A stretch of 64,000 bases of DNA, from NCBI GenBank assembly GCA_963751425.1, contig CAVVUF010000004.1:572981-636980 (forward strand), given 5' to 3'. The notes under the pieces are model-generated. The model was not told the origin of the DNA. It searched no databases and saw only the letters and a program-made list of their open reading frames with translations. Positions 46,629 through 54,471 of this stretch are shown here, one piece after another; position 1 is the first letter of the stretch, and each line of letters begins with the position of its first letter. Source of the DNA: an uncultured Chloroflexia bacterium. Lineage in GTDB: Bacteria; Chloroflexota; Anaerolineae; Anaerolineales; UBA4823. Made by a program: the position numbers and the translations under genes.

Positions 46629-46660
46629 CCCGATGGGAGCAGTGGCCTGCTCCCATCGGG
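46629..46660 (-). promoter_or_regulatory. perfect 14-bp intercistronic hairpin after the solute-binding protein gene (system 2)
   Basis: CCCGATGGGAGCAG-tggc-CTGCTCCCATCGGG. No U-tract follows on the coding (minus) strand, so it is more likely an mRNA-stabilising or processing structure than a full terminator. Confidence 0.55.
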
Positions 46661-46681
46661 ATGAAAAAAAGAAGTTACAAA

Positions 46682-49271
46682 TTACGGGGCAGTGACGAAC
46701 TCGAAGACGCCGAAGGCGGGTACACTCACCACCTTGGAGACGACCGCCACTTCCAGCTTGTTGGAGCCGGCGGCGAGCTTCGAGGTCAGCTCCGCGGGCA
46801 GGGTGACCTTGTACTGGCCATCGGCTACGGCTTCCGCCGCGCCCTTGCCAGCCAGGGCGCCCGTGGCATCGAAGACCAGGTAAGATACCGAGGCGATCTC
46901 AGACGCCGGGTAAGCTTCGTCTTTGAAGTAAACCATAACGTCGAAAGCAGCCTCTTGCCCGATGGTCACATTCGCCGGGCCATCCACTTCCACCGTCGCC
47001 ATCATGGGCTCGCTGAAGCGGTCCCACTTGTTCGACAGGTCGGTGAACTTCGGGTTGTTGGCCACGGTGACCGTGTTCTCGGTCGGGAAGACGCCATCCA
47101 GGTAGTATGGGCCATTGCCGACCCAGAAGAACTTCTTGAGGTCGTACCAGGCCTGCAGGTTGGCGTAGCGCGCCGCGGCTTCGTCCGCCGTCACGTACTC
47201 GCCCATGGTGGGGGCATAGGGGATCGCCGTCTGGGCGGTGGCGCTCACCAGCTCCGAGGCCAGGATCTCCAGGCTCGGGCCGCTGATATAGCTCATCCAC
47301 TCGACCTGCTTTTCATCGGCCTTAGCCGCCGAGAAGGCCAGCTTGCCGTCTACCTCAGCCATGTTGCCGATGGCGATCATATGCCAGGGAGCCACGCCAT
47401 AACCGTACTGCGGCCACCAGGTGGAGACTGCATTGACCATCAGCTCGGCATCCAGGAACCACTGGTTGTCGTAGGTCTCGATCACCAGCGGGTCGGTGGA
47501 GACGATCTTGACCGCCTTGAAGTGAGCCATGAAAGCGGCCAGGGTTTCAGCCGCGGAGGCGTCAAAGATGGCGCTCTCAGGCTTGCCGCGGTCGAAGGTC
47601 ATGATCATGCCCATCATGAAATCGGCCGGGGTCAGCGGGCTGCCATCGTGCCATTCGGTCTTCCACAGGTCAGATGGGTAGTAAACCACTGTCTTGGACA
47701 GGGCCGTCTGGGTGTCTGTATAAACCTCAGAGACGGTCAGCCACTTCTGGTTGACGGCGTCCCAATCTGCCCAGGCATCGCCGGGCACCTGGATCTCAGG
47801 CGCCGTGCTCACCGTCACCTAGTCCGACGATGTGGAGACGGGCAGGCCTTCCTTGACGGTCACTTCGGCGCGCTCGAGGCGCTGCGGCAGGTTCAAGCCG
47901 GTGTAAGGATCCGTCACAAATGCCTGGTCTTCCACCATTCGGCGCACAGTGGTGTCATAGATCCAGTTCGAGCCAGCCACCGGGTTCCAGGGGTCCACCA
48001 GCACGCCCGGCTGGGCTACCTGGGCTGCGCCGCCTTCCTGGCCTACGATGCGCAGGGTGTAGGGCAGCAGGGATGAACCCGCAATGCCGCCCGCCAGGTC
48101 AGAGGCCACCTTCAGGTCATTGCGGAAGGGCGAGAAGCTCTTCTGATCGGCAATCCACATGCGCACCGAGTCCTCCAGGGACATGGGCAGCGCCTGTTCA
48201 AACAAGGCGCGGCGCTCGTCCATGTTGACAAAGTCGTTGTTGCGCAGCTTGAGCGCTACTGTATTGAATTCCTCTGTGGGAGTATACGCCTGGAATAATG
48301 GAATGGGGTAATCGTTCGGGGTATAGTAGAAGCTGAAGTTGGCGCCGTTATCGCGGCTGGATCGCGGTGGTGATCCAGCCGCCGGTGTAGATGTTGAACA
48401 AGCAGTCGGTTGGGTTGCCGTGCACCCAGATGGGGGAAGCTTCGGAACGGGTCTTGTACTGGCGGATCGGCGGTGAAGCCGAGCTCGCCCAACTGTTGGG
48501 CAGCATAATCGCCGATCTGCTTCCGCTCGTCTTCGGTGCGGATCAGCACCATCACGCTGACCGGGGCACCGTTGAACTGGAACTTGCCATCCACCACGGT
48601 GGCGCCCATGCCTTCCATCTCGGCCGTGATGATTTCCTTGGCCTTGTCCAGGTTGTAAGCGTACTTGGCTTCCAACTCTCGAGAAACATCCACGTAACGG
48701 GCATAATCGGGGAAGGCAGAGTTGAGCACAGTAAACTTAGCCTGGGCCATGCCGCCATAGATCTCTTGAATCACGTAATTCCGGTCGATCGCATAGTTCA
48801 TCGCCTCGCGGATCTTTGGGATTCGAGAAGGGGTTGAGCTTGGTGGTGTCGGTGCAGACCGCCGGGTTGAAGGTCAGCTCAGTCGTAGAGCCAAAAGCAT
48901 TGGAATAGCTCAGGTTGGGGTCTGAGGTCACCTTCTGAAAGCGCTCCGGACCGGTCACGCTGTAAGCGTAGACATCGATATCGCCGGACTGTAGCTGGCT
49001 GATGGCTGCATCGGCCGAGTTCTGCTCGGTGAAGACCACCAGGTCCAGCCAGCCGCCCGTGCGGGTGACCGGCTCGGGGGTTGCCGTGGGGAGCTGCAAC
49101 CTCAACGACCTCGGTCTCTTTGACTGTAACAACTTGGGTTTGGACAACCTCTTTCGTGACCTCGACGGTCGTGACAACTTCGACCGTCTGAACGGTGCCG
49201 CCGCAGGCTGTTAAGACCATGCTGGCGATCACGACCAGGCTGAGGACCCACATAATTTTATTTCGTAACAT
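46682..49271 (-). pseudogene. family-5 (peptide/nickel type) ABC substrate-binding lipoprotein, system 2, heavily disrupted
   Basis: The lipobox signal is MLRNKIMWVLSLVVIASMVLTACGG. The homologous reading runs through five track ORFs (48879-49271, 48737-49177, 48256-48801, 47819-48223, 46682-47818) plus an unlisted frame segment at about 48355-48465. Frame changes occur near 49088-49091, 48811-48815, about 48465 and about 48355, with an in-frame TAG at 47819-47821. Confidence 0.8.
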
Positions 49272-49415
49272 GTTTTCTCCTCCAAGAAATTTATACTAGG
49301 TTGATTTTTGTTTGTTACTAAACATCTCTTTCTGAAAAGCTTACAGACATCCTTCCAGGACTTCACCTCCTCTCCAATAGCTTAAATTTAGATTAATTTC
49401 CCAGGTTAGGCTTCA

Positions 49416-49444
49416 AATATACCTATAAATCCTTATTTGGTCAA
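49416..49444 (-). promoter_or_regulatory. putative sigma70-type promoter for the system-2 operon
   Basis: On the minus strand: TTGACC (49444-49439), a 17-nt spacer, then TATATT (49421-49416), about 145 nt upstream of the solute-binding protein start. Confidence 0.4.
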
Positions 49445-49511
49445 TCCTTCTAAAATTTGTCAAGACACATGGTTTTTGCGAAGCGATGTGCTTTTTGATT
49501 GCAGCAATCTC

Positions 49512-51482
49512 CTATTCGCATGCCTCTCCATAATTAAAACCCTCGATATTCCAAAAGGCTTCCTGGGTCGAAGCATCCAGTTCTACCCCGCAAAAATCCG
49601 GCCGCGTCAGTACCGTCTTGAAATGCCAGTACAGCGGGAGCGCTGGCAGGTCTTCCGCCAGGATGGCCTGCGCCTGGAAGTAAGCCTGGGTGTGCAAAGG
49701 CGCCTCCGCCAGGGTGAACCGGCCGTCCCGGCAGGCCCGGTCGTATTCCGGGTTCGCATACCCGCTGGCATTCACCCCGCCCCAGCCTTTGGAATAGTCC
49801 GGGTAAGGGCCTGGGATCTCATCACTGGTATATAAGTAGCAAGGCGGCTCCCAGGCAGCCGGCCAGGCAAACTGCGCCATCTGGAATTGCCGCCCGAACA
49901 CCGGTCCCTCCGGTCCAGGCGCCAGGTACTCCTGCGATTCTTGGGTCAGGAGGTTGGTCCCGATCCCGCATTCAGCCAGGTCAGCCTGCACCAGTTTCGC
50001 CGCAGCCTGGCGCTCCTCATCCGGTGAAACCAGGTAATCCACCATAAAAGAGACATTATCCGGCAAGCCTGCCACCCCCAGCGACGTGCGCGGCGTCCCT
50101 GGGTCGTTGTCCTGGTCCACCCAGCCTGCTTTTTGCAGCAGCTCTTGTCCCTTCAGCGGGTCGTAGGTGTTGGAGGCGGCCTGCGGGTTAAAGTATGGGT
50201 TTGCTGCTGAGACGTACGCCTGAGCGGGTCCCGTCCTTCCACTAAAGAGCTGGTCTACCAGCGCCTGCCGGTCGATGCACAGGGCGGCAGCCTGGCGCAC
50301 TTCTTTCGCTGCAAAAAAACGGGGGCTCTGCTCATCTAATGAAACGATCCCGAACAGGACCTGTTCCCAGGCTGTGTCTGGCTGCTGGATGGCACTGACC
50401 TTTCCCTGCTGCTGCAAGTCTTCCAGCTGCGCAAGTGCCACATCCTGCACGGCATTCGGATCGACCAGGTCACACTCCCCCGCCTGCAAGGCGTCCACTG
50501 CTTCCGAGCCGCTCGGCATAAACCGGAAAGTCAAGAACTCAAAGGCCGGCAGTCCTTCTGCAGAGCGGAAGTAATTCGGGTTCTTTTGCAGGGTAATGTG
50601 GTCGCCGCCCACCCATTCCACGATCTGGTAAGCTCCCCAGCCCAGCGGCATGCGGGCTGAAATCTCCGCCGTACCCAATTCCTCTGGCTTGAGCATTCCC
50701 CAGGCCAGCCGCGGCAGCGGCGAGAAGAATTTACCGGCCACATCTCCATCCAGGTAACCCGGCACGCCGCGCCACTCCACAGTCAGGTTATCCTTTGCCT
50801 GGTAGGTCTTTGTCCGCTGGATCAAGGCTGGCAGCGCCGCCGGGTAGAGAGCGTTGGCGACTTCATAAGAATAAACCGAATCGTCCGCGGTGAGCGGGTT
50901 CCCATTCGCCCACAGCAGGCCTTCCTTCAGGCGGAAGCGGATCACCCATTCATCCACCTGCACCGCCTGGTCCCCCGTGTAAGCCTGGGCGCAGCCCTGC
51001 TCATAACAGCCGCTTGGCCGGTAGACGACCCCCTCTCCCAGGGTATTCAGGTTCCCGTACGCATCGACGAGCGCCTCTCCTTTGTTCAGCGCCGCCGGTT
51101 CAAAGAGCACATCCCCATCCTGCAGCGCCGGCAGCTTTGCCAGGATCACAGGCTGGTTTTGAAAATTCTGCCGGTCAAAGGGGCCATCGTAAATCGCCGC
51201 CAGCACGCTCTTAGCCGCCGATGAAACGGCATCGTAGAGGAACAGCGACTTCGGCTCCTTCCCCAGGCAGATCGACAACTGGCGCGGCAGGGGCGTTTCT
51301 GTCAATTGCGGCAGGCTTGTCTCCGTAGGCCCAGGCAGCGGAGGCTCGGTCTTCGCCAGCACGGGCAAGCCGGAGGTGGGCAGCCCCTCCGTAGGCGTAT
51401 TAAATTGACAGGCAGACAGGATTATGAAACAAATCAGTAAGAAAGGCAGCTTTTTCAAGATCAACCCATAAATTCCTCTCAA
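49512..51482 (-). CDS. family-5 ABC substrate-binding lipoprotein (orphan; no adjacent permease of its own)
   Basis: 656 aa. Signal peptide with ILSAC lipobox and a family-5 solute-binding protein pattern throughout. The TTG start overlaps the stop of the upstream 83-aa ORF (TTGA). Confidence 0.85.
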   Translation of the reverse strand: MRGIYGLILKKLPFLLICFIILSACQFNTPTEGLPTSGLPVLAKTEPPLPGPTETSLPQLTETPLPRQLSICLGKEPKSLFLYDAVSSAAKSVLAAIYDGPFDRQNFQNQPVILAKLPALQDGDVLFEPAALNKGEALVDAYGNLNTLGEGVVYRPSGCYEQGCAQAYTGDQAVQVDEWVIRFRLKEGLLWANGNPLTADDSVYSYEVANALYPAALPALIQRTKTYQAKDNLTVEWRGVPGYLDGDVAGKFFSPLPRLAWGMLKPEELGTAEISARMPLGWGAYQIVEWVGGDHITLQKNPNYFRSAEGLPAFEFLTFRFMPSGSEAVDALQAGECDLVDPNAVQDVALAQLEDLQQQGKVSAIQQPDTAWEQVLFGIVSLDEQSPRFFAAKEVRQAAALCIDRQALVDQLFSGRTGPAQAYVSAANPYFNPQAASNTYDPLKGQELLQKAGWVDQDNDPGTPRTSLGVAGLPDNVSFMVDYLVSPDEERQAAAKLVQADLAECGIGTNLLTQESQEYLAPGPEGPVFGRQFQMAQFAWPAAWEPPCYLYTSDEIPGPYPDYSKGWGGVNASGYANPEYDRACRDGRFTLAEAPLHTQAYFQAQAILAEDLPALPLYWHFKTVLTRPDFCGVELDASTQEAFWNIEGFNYGEACE

Positions 51483-51730
51483 ACAACCATGCGTGAAACC
51501 GTTAATCCGTTTTGGTAGGAATATAAAATATCACAGGAATGCAATAAATGATCCCATCTCGCGGGCTGGTAGTTCTGGAGCATCACCACCGGGCGAAGCT
51601 TACGCGGTTTTACAACCGGTGTGTTGGCTGCCAGCAGCAAGATGCGCTCCCGCAACTGTTCCGGTGCCTTGCGCCTCCCAGCCCAACCCTTCAAGATCTT
51701 CCCCAGGTACAGGTTCCCAAAATCATCCAT
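51479..51730 (-). CDS. hypothetical protein between the ECF sigma and solute-binding protein genes (possible sigma-factor partner)
   Basis: 83-aa ORF starting 10 nt after the reconstructed sigma stop and overlapping the solute-binding protein start. No TM segment or zinc-finger motif recognised. Confidence 0.4.
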   Translation of the reverse strand: MDDFGNLYLGKILKGWAGRRKAPEQLRERILLLAANTPVVKPRKLRPVVMLQNYQPARWDHLLHSCDILYSYQNGLTVSRMVV

Positions 51731-51740
51731 GCCTCACCAC

Positions 51741-52326
51741 CTAGGTAAACTCATACTGCATCTCGGGCTTGCCCTCCCCTGAGAGCAAAGCCAGGTGCTC
51801 TTTCAGCGCCTGCCGCCCATAATGCAAGGCGTGATTTAACCGTACCCACGGGGATCTCCAGAATATCAGAAATCTCTTGCAGCGATAGATCGTTAATGTA
51901 GTAAAGAACAACAACCACCCGCTGAGGTAAGGGTAAAGACGTGAGTGCCTGCTGGACCTGCGCCCAGGTGTCGTTAAACTCCACCTGGCTCAAAGGCGGG
52001 TTTTTCCGTCCGCTCACCAGCCATTCCGCTATGTCCTCCAGTGACTTCGTCCAGCGGTTGTGGCGCTTCACCCAGGTATAAGCCAGGTTGGTCGTCACCC
52101 GGTACAGCCAGGGCTCCAAGGGACGTTCCGTGTCAATCCGCCGCGCAAAGCGGTGCAGGCGCAAAAAAACATCCTGCAGCAAATCGGCTGCTGCATCCGG
52201 GTCGCCAGTGATCGCCAGCGCCGTGCGGTACACCATGCGCTGGTAGCGGTCATACAAGAGCCCCAGCGCTTCCAGGCTTCCCTGGCAAAGCTGCACGATT
52301 AATTCCCGGTCAGAGATCGCGTCCAA
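51741..52326 (-). pseudogene. ECF-type RNA polymerase sigma-70 family factor with a C-terminal frameshift
   Basis: Region 2 is DLLQDVFLRLHRF...PWLYRVTTNLA and region 4 is LPLPQRVVVVLYYINDLSLQEISDILEIPVGTVKSRL. After SRL the expected HYGRQALKEHLALLSGEGKPEMQYEFT* is in the +1 frame, with an extra G near 51824-51828. Confidence 0.8.
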
Positions 52327-52400
52327 CAGGCCTCCTGAGTATATTTAACATTATACCAATCCATCCGTGAAAAAGTTCACGAAATTTGATTTACTAAGGG

Positions 52401-52747
52401 TTAGCACGACAAACCATCCGTGTCGTTCTGAGCCAGCGATCTGTGCTGGCGAAGAACCCCCCTGACTCGGCTACAAGAGTTCTCCAGCCCGCCAGCTATG
52501 TTTCCCGAGTTCATACTACAGGGGTCCTTCACTGCGTTCAGGACGACACAGAATTGTTTGTCGTTCTGAGCCAGCGATCTGTGCTGGCGAAGAACCCCCC
52601 TGACTCGGCCACAAAAGTCCTCCAGCCCGCCAGCTGTTTCCCGAGTCATACCACAGGGGTCCTTCACTGCGTTCAGGACGACACAGAATTGTTTGTCGTT
52701 CTGAGCCAGCGAACGTGTGCTCGGCGACAGAACCCCTTTGACGCGGG
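52401..52747. repeat. array of long palindromic repeats (left block: a partial unit, two full units of 138/135-nt period, and a unit truncated by the insertion)
   Basis: Units start at 52422, 52560 and 52695 with GTCGTTCTGAGCCAGCGA(T/A)C(T)GTGCTGGCGAAGAACCCC and end ...CTTCACTGCGTTCAGGACGAC. The termini are inverted repeats of each other. Confidence 0.85.
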
Positions 52748-52796
52748 CAATCACCGTGCTTCTGCGAGAGGATAGTGAACCTCAGATCTTCTCATC

Positions 52797-53093
52797 TCAA
52801 GCCTCCTCCTCATACCACCCTTCGCTCAGATCTTCCCACTTCGGATTCATCGACTGGATCAGAGCAATCTTCTTTTTTCTCAGCCAGCCCTTGATCTGTT
52901 TTTCCCGCAGCAGTGCCGAATTCACATCATGTGTTTCTTCATAAAAAACCAGTCGATCAATATTGTACTTCTTGGTAAAACCCTCCACCAGTTTTTGCTT
53001 GTGTTCATACACCCGGCGAAAGAGATCATTTGTGATACCTGTGTAAAGTGTGCCCGTTGAGCTGGTGAGGATATAGACGTAATAGGTCTTCAT
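52797..53093 (-). CDS. GIY-YIG nuclease family protein (UPF0213/YhbQ-like)
   Basis: 98 aa. YVYILTSSTGTLYTGITNDLFRRVYEHK...GFTKKYNIDRLVFYE...REKQIKGW. Confidence 0.85.
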   Translation of the reverse strand: MKTYYVYILTSSTGTLYTGITNDLFRRVYEHKQKLVEGFTKKYNIDRLVFYEETHDVNSALLREKQIKGWLRKKKIALIQSMNPKWEDLSEGWYEEEA

Positions 53094-53115
53094 GGAAAAA
53101 GTATATCAAACCTTA

Positions 53116-53345
53116 TGACGCGGGTGCAAGAGTCCTCCATCCCGCCAGGAGTACTTCCAGAGTCTGGTCACAGGGGTGCTTCGCTACGCTCAGCACGACA
53201 AACCTATTCTGTCGTTCTGAGCCAGCGAACTGTGCTGGCGAAGAACCCCTTTGACCGGGTGCAGAGTCCTCCATCCCGCCAGGAGGACTTCCAGAGTCTG
53301 GTCACAGGGGTGCTTCGCTACGCTCAGCACGACAAATCCATTTTT
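53116..53345. repeat. array of long palindromic repeats (right block: the remainder of the interrupted unit plus one full unit)
   Basis: The full unit at 53211-53333 is GTCGTTCTGAGCCAGCGAACTGTGCTGGCGAAGAACCCCTTTGACCGGGTGCAGAGTCCTCCATCCCGCCAGGAGGACTTCCAGAGTCTGGTCACAGGGGTGCTTCGCTACGCTCAGCACGAC. Segment 53116-53210 is the matching right part of a unit. Confidence 0.85.
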
Positions 53346-53367
53346 TCGTGCCTAAGAAGTCCTCCCT

Positions 53368-53396
53368 AACAAAAAACGGGCGCTAAGCGCCCGTTT
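53368..53396 (-). terminator. rho-independent terminator of the Dpp-like operon
   Basis: On the minus strand AAACGGGCGC-tta-GCGCCCGTTT is followed by TTTTGTT, about 25 nt after the stop at 53420. Confidence 0.75.
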
Positions 53397-53419
53397 GAAT
53401 TTCAATCAAAATGCAAACT

Positions 53420-54460
53420 TTACTTCCGCGTGCCCCGCATCTTCGGGTCGAGCACATCCCGCAGCGCATCCCCCACCAGGTTCCAGCCCAATACAAACAG
53501 CACCAGCGCTATGCCAGGGAAGAATACAATATACCAGTAGTCGTTCAGGTTGGTGATCCAGGAGCGCGCAAAGCTCAAGAGCTGCCCCCAATCTGCATAC
53601 CCGATTTCCGTGCCGATGCCCAAAAAGCTCAGCGCCGCGAAGCTCAAGACATACCCGCCCACATCCAGCGAAGCCAGCACCAGCGTGGGGAAGATCGCAT
53701 TCGGCAGGATGTGCTTGGTCAGGATGCGCCGGTCCTTGACGCCAATCACCCGCGCCGCCAGCACATAGTCGCGCTCGCGCACCGAGAGGATATCGCCGCG
53801 CACAATGCGCGAGTATCCCATCCAGCCAAAGGCGATCAAGGCGATCACCGCTGGCATCACACTCCTTCCCAGCTTGGGCGTCAGCACTGCCGCCAGGATC
53901 AGCGCCGCCAGGATGAAGGGCAAGGTCAGGAAGATATCCACAATGCGCATCAGGACATTGTCGAGCACCCCGCCGTAATAAGCTGAAACCGACCCGATCA
54001 GCACCCCAATGGTCACCGTAACAGCAGTAATTAGAACCCCCGTCCACAGGGCGGTGCGCGTGCCCCAGATCACCCCGTAGAAGATATCCCACTGCCCCGA
54101 GGTCGTGCCCATCAGGTGCACCCATCCTTCGGATTCCATGATCCAATCCCACCACACCGGCAGCGGCGGCGGGTTGCGCTTCCACTCGGTCATGGGCGGT
54201 TTGGGGTCCGGGCTGAAGCCATCGCGCGGAATTTTGTAAGGATCCCGCACGGTTTTTGGCGGCGCGATCACCGGCGCCAAAATCGCCGTCACGAGGAACA
54301 GGGCGATGATGATAAACCCAGCGATCGAGGCGGGCGTGGTCAGCAGCCCCCGGATGATGCGGTAGTTTTCCGGTCCCAAAAAGCGTTCCAGGCGGCCGAT
54401 CTTGCGCGCCGCGATCGTTTCGGGCAGCACTTCATCCATTTGTGTTTGAGAGACAGTCAT
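53420..54460 (-). CDS. peptide-type ABC permease (DppC/OppC-like), system 3
   Basis: 346 aa. DYVLAARVIGVKDRRILTKHILPNAIFP, 6 TM segments. Confidence 0.9.
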   Translation of the reverse strand: MTVSQTQMDEVLPETIAARKIGRLERFLGPENYRIIRGLLTTPASIAGFIIIALFLVTAILAPVIAPPKTVRDPYKIPRDGFSPDPKPPMTEWKRNPPPLPVWWDWIMESEGWVHLMGTTSGQWDIFYGVIWGTRTALWTGVLITAVTVTIGVLIGSVSAYYGGVLDNVLMRIVDIFLTLPFILAALILAAVLTPKLGRSVMPAVIALIAFGWMGYSRIVRGDILSVRERDYVLAARVIGVKDRRILTKHILPNAIFPTLVLASLDVGGYVLSFAALSFLGIGTEIGYADWGQLLSFARSWITNLNDYWYIVFFPGIALVLFVLGWNLVGDALRDVLDPKMRGTRK

Positions 54461-54471
54461 CCGTTACCTTC

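Noticed and set aside
46661-48076. Very long ORFs antisense to real genes (46661-48076 at 471 aa; also 55752-57392 at 546 aa, 18995-20182 at 395 aa, 24675-25598 at 307 aa, 3400-4293, 53411-53986)
   Set aside because: All lie opposite strongly supported genes and have R/G/H/P-rich low-complexity translations typical of shadow frames in GC-rich coding DNA. None has a recognisable motif or RBS.
52401-53369. CRISPR array, or protein-coding ORFs (52401-52754, 52443-52775, 53115-53369), in the repeat region
   Set aside because: The units are about 125-138 nt and contiguous, with only about 12-nt joints and no unique spacers. They are internally palindromic, and no cas genes are present. The ORFs are just translations of the repeats on both strands (repeating ...SLAQNDKQFCVVLNAVKDPC...).
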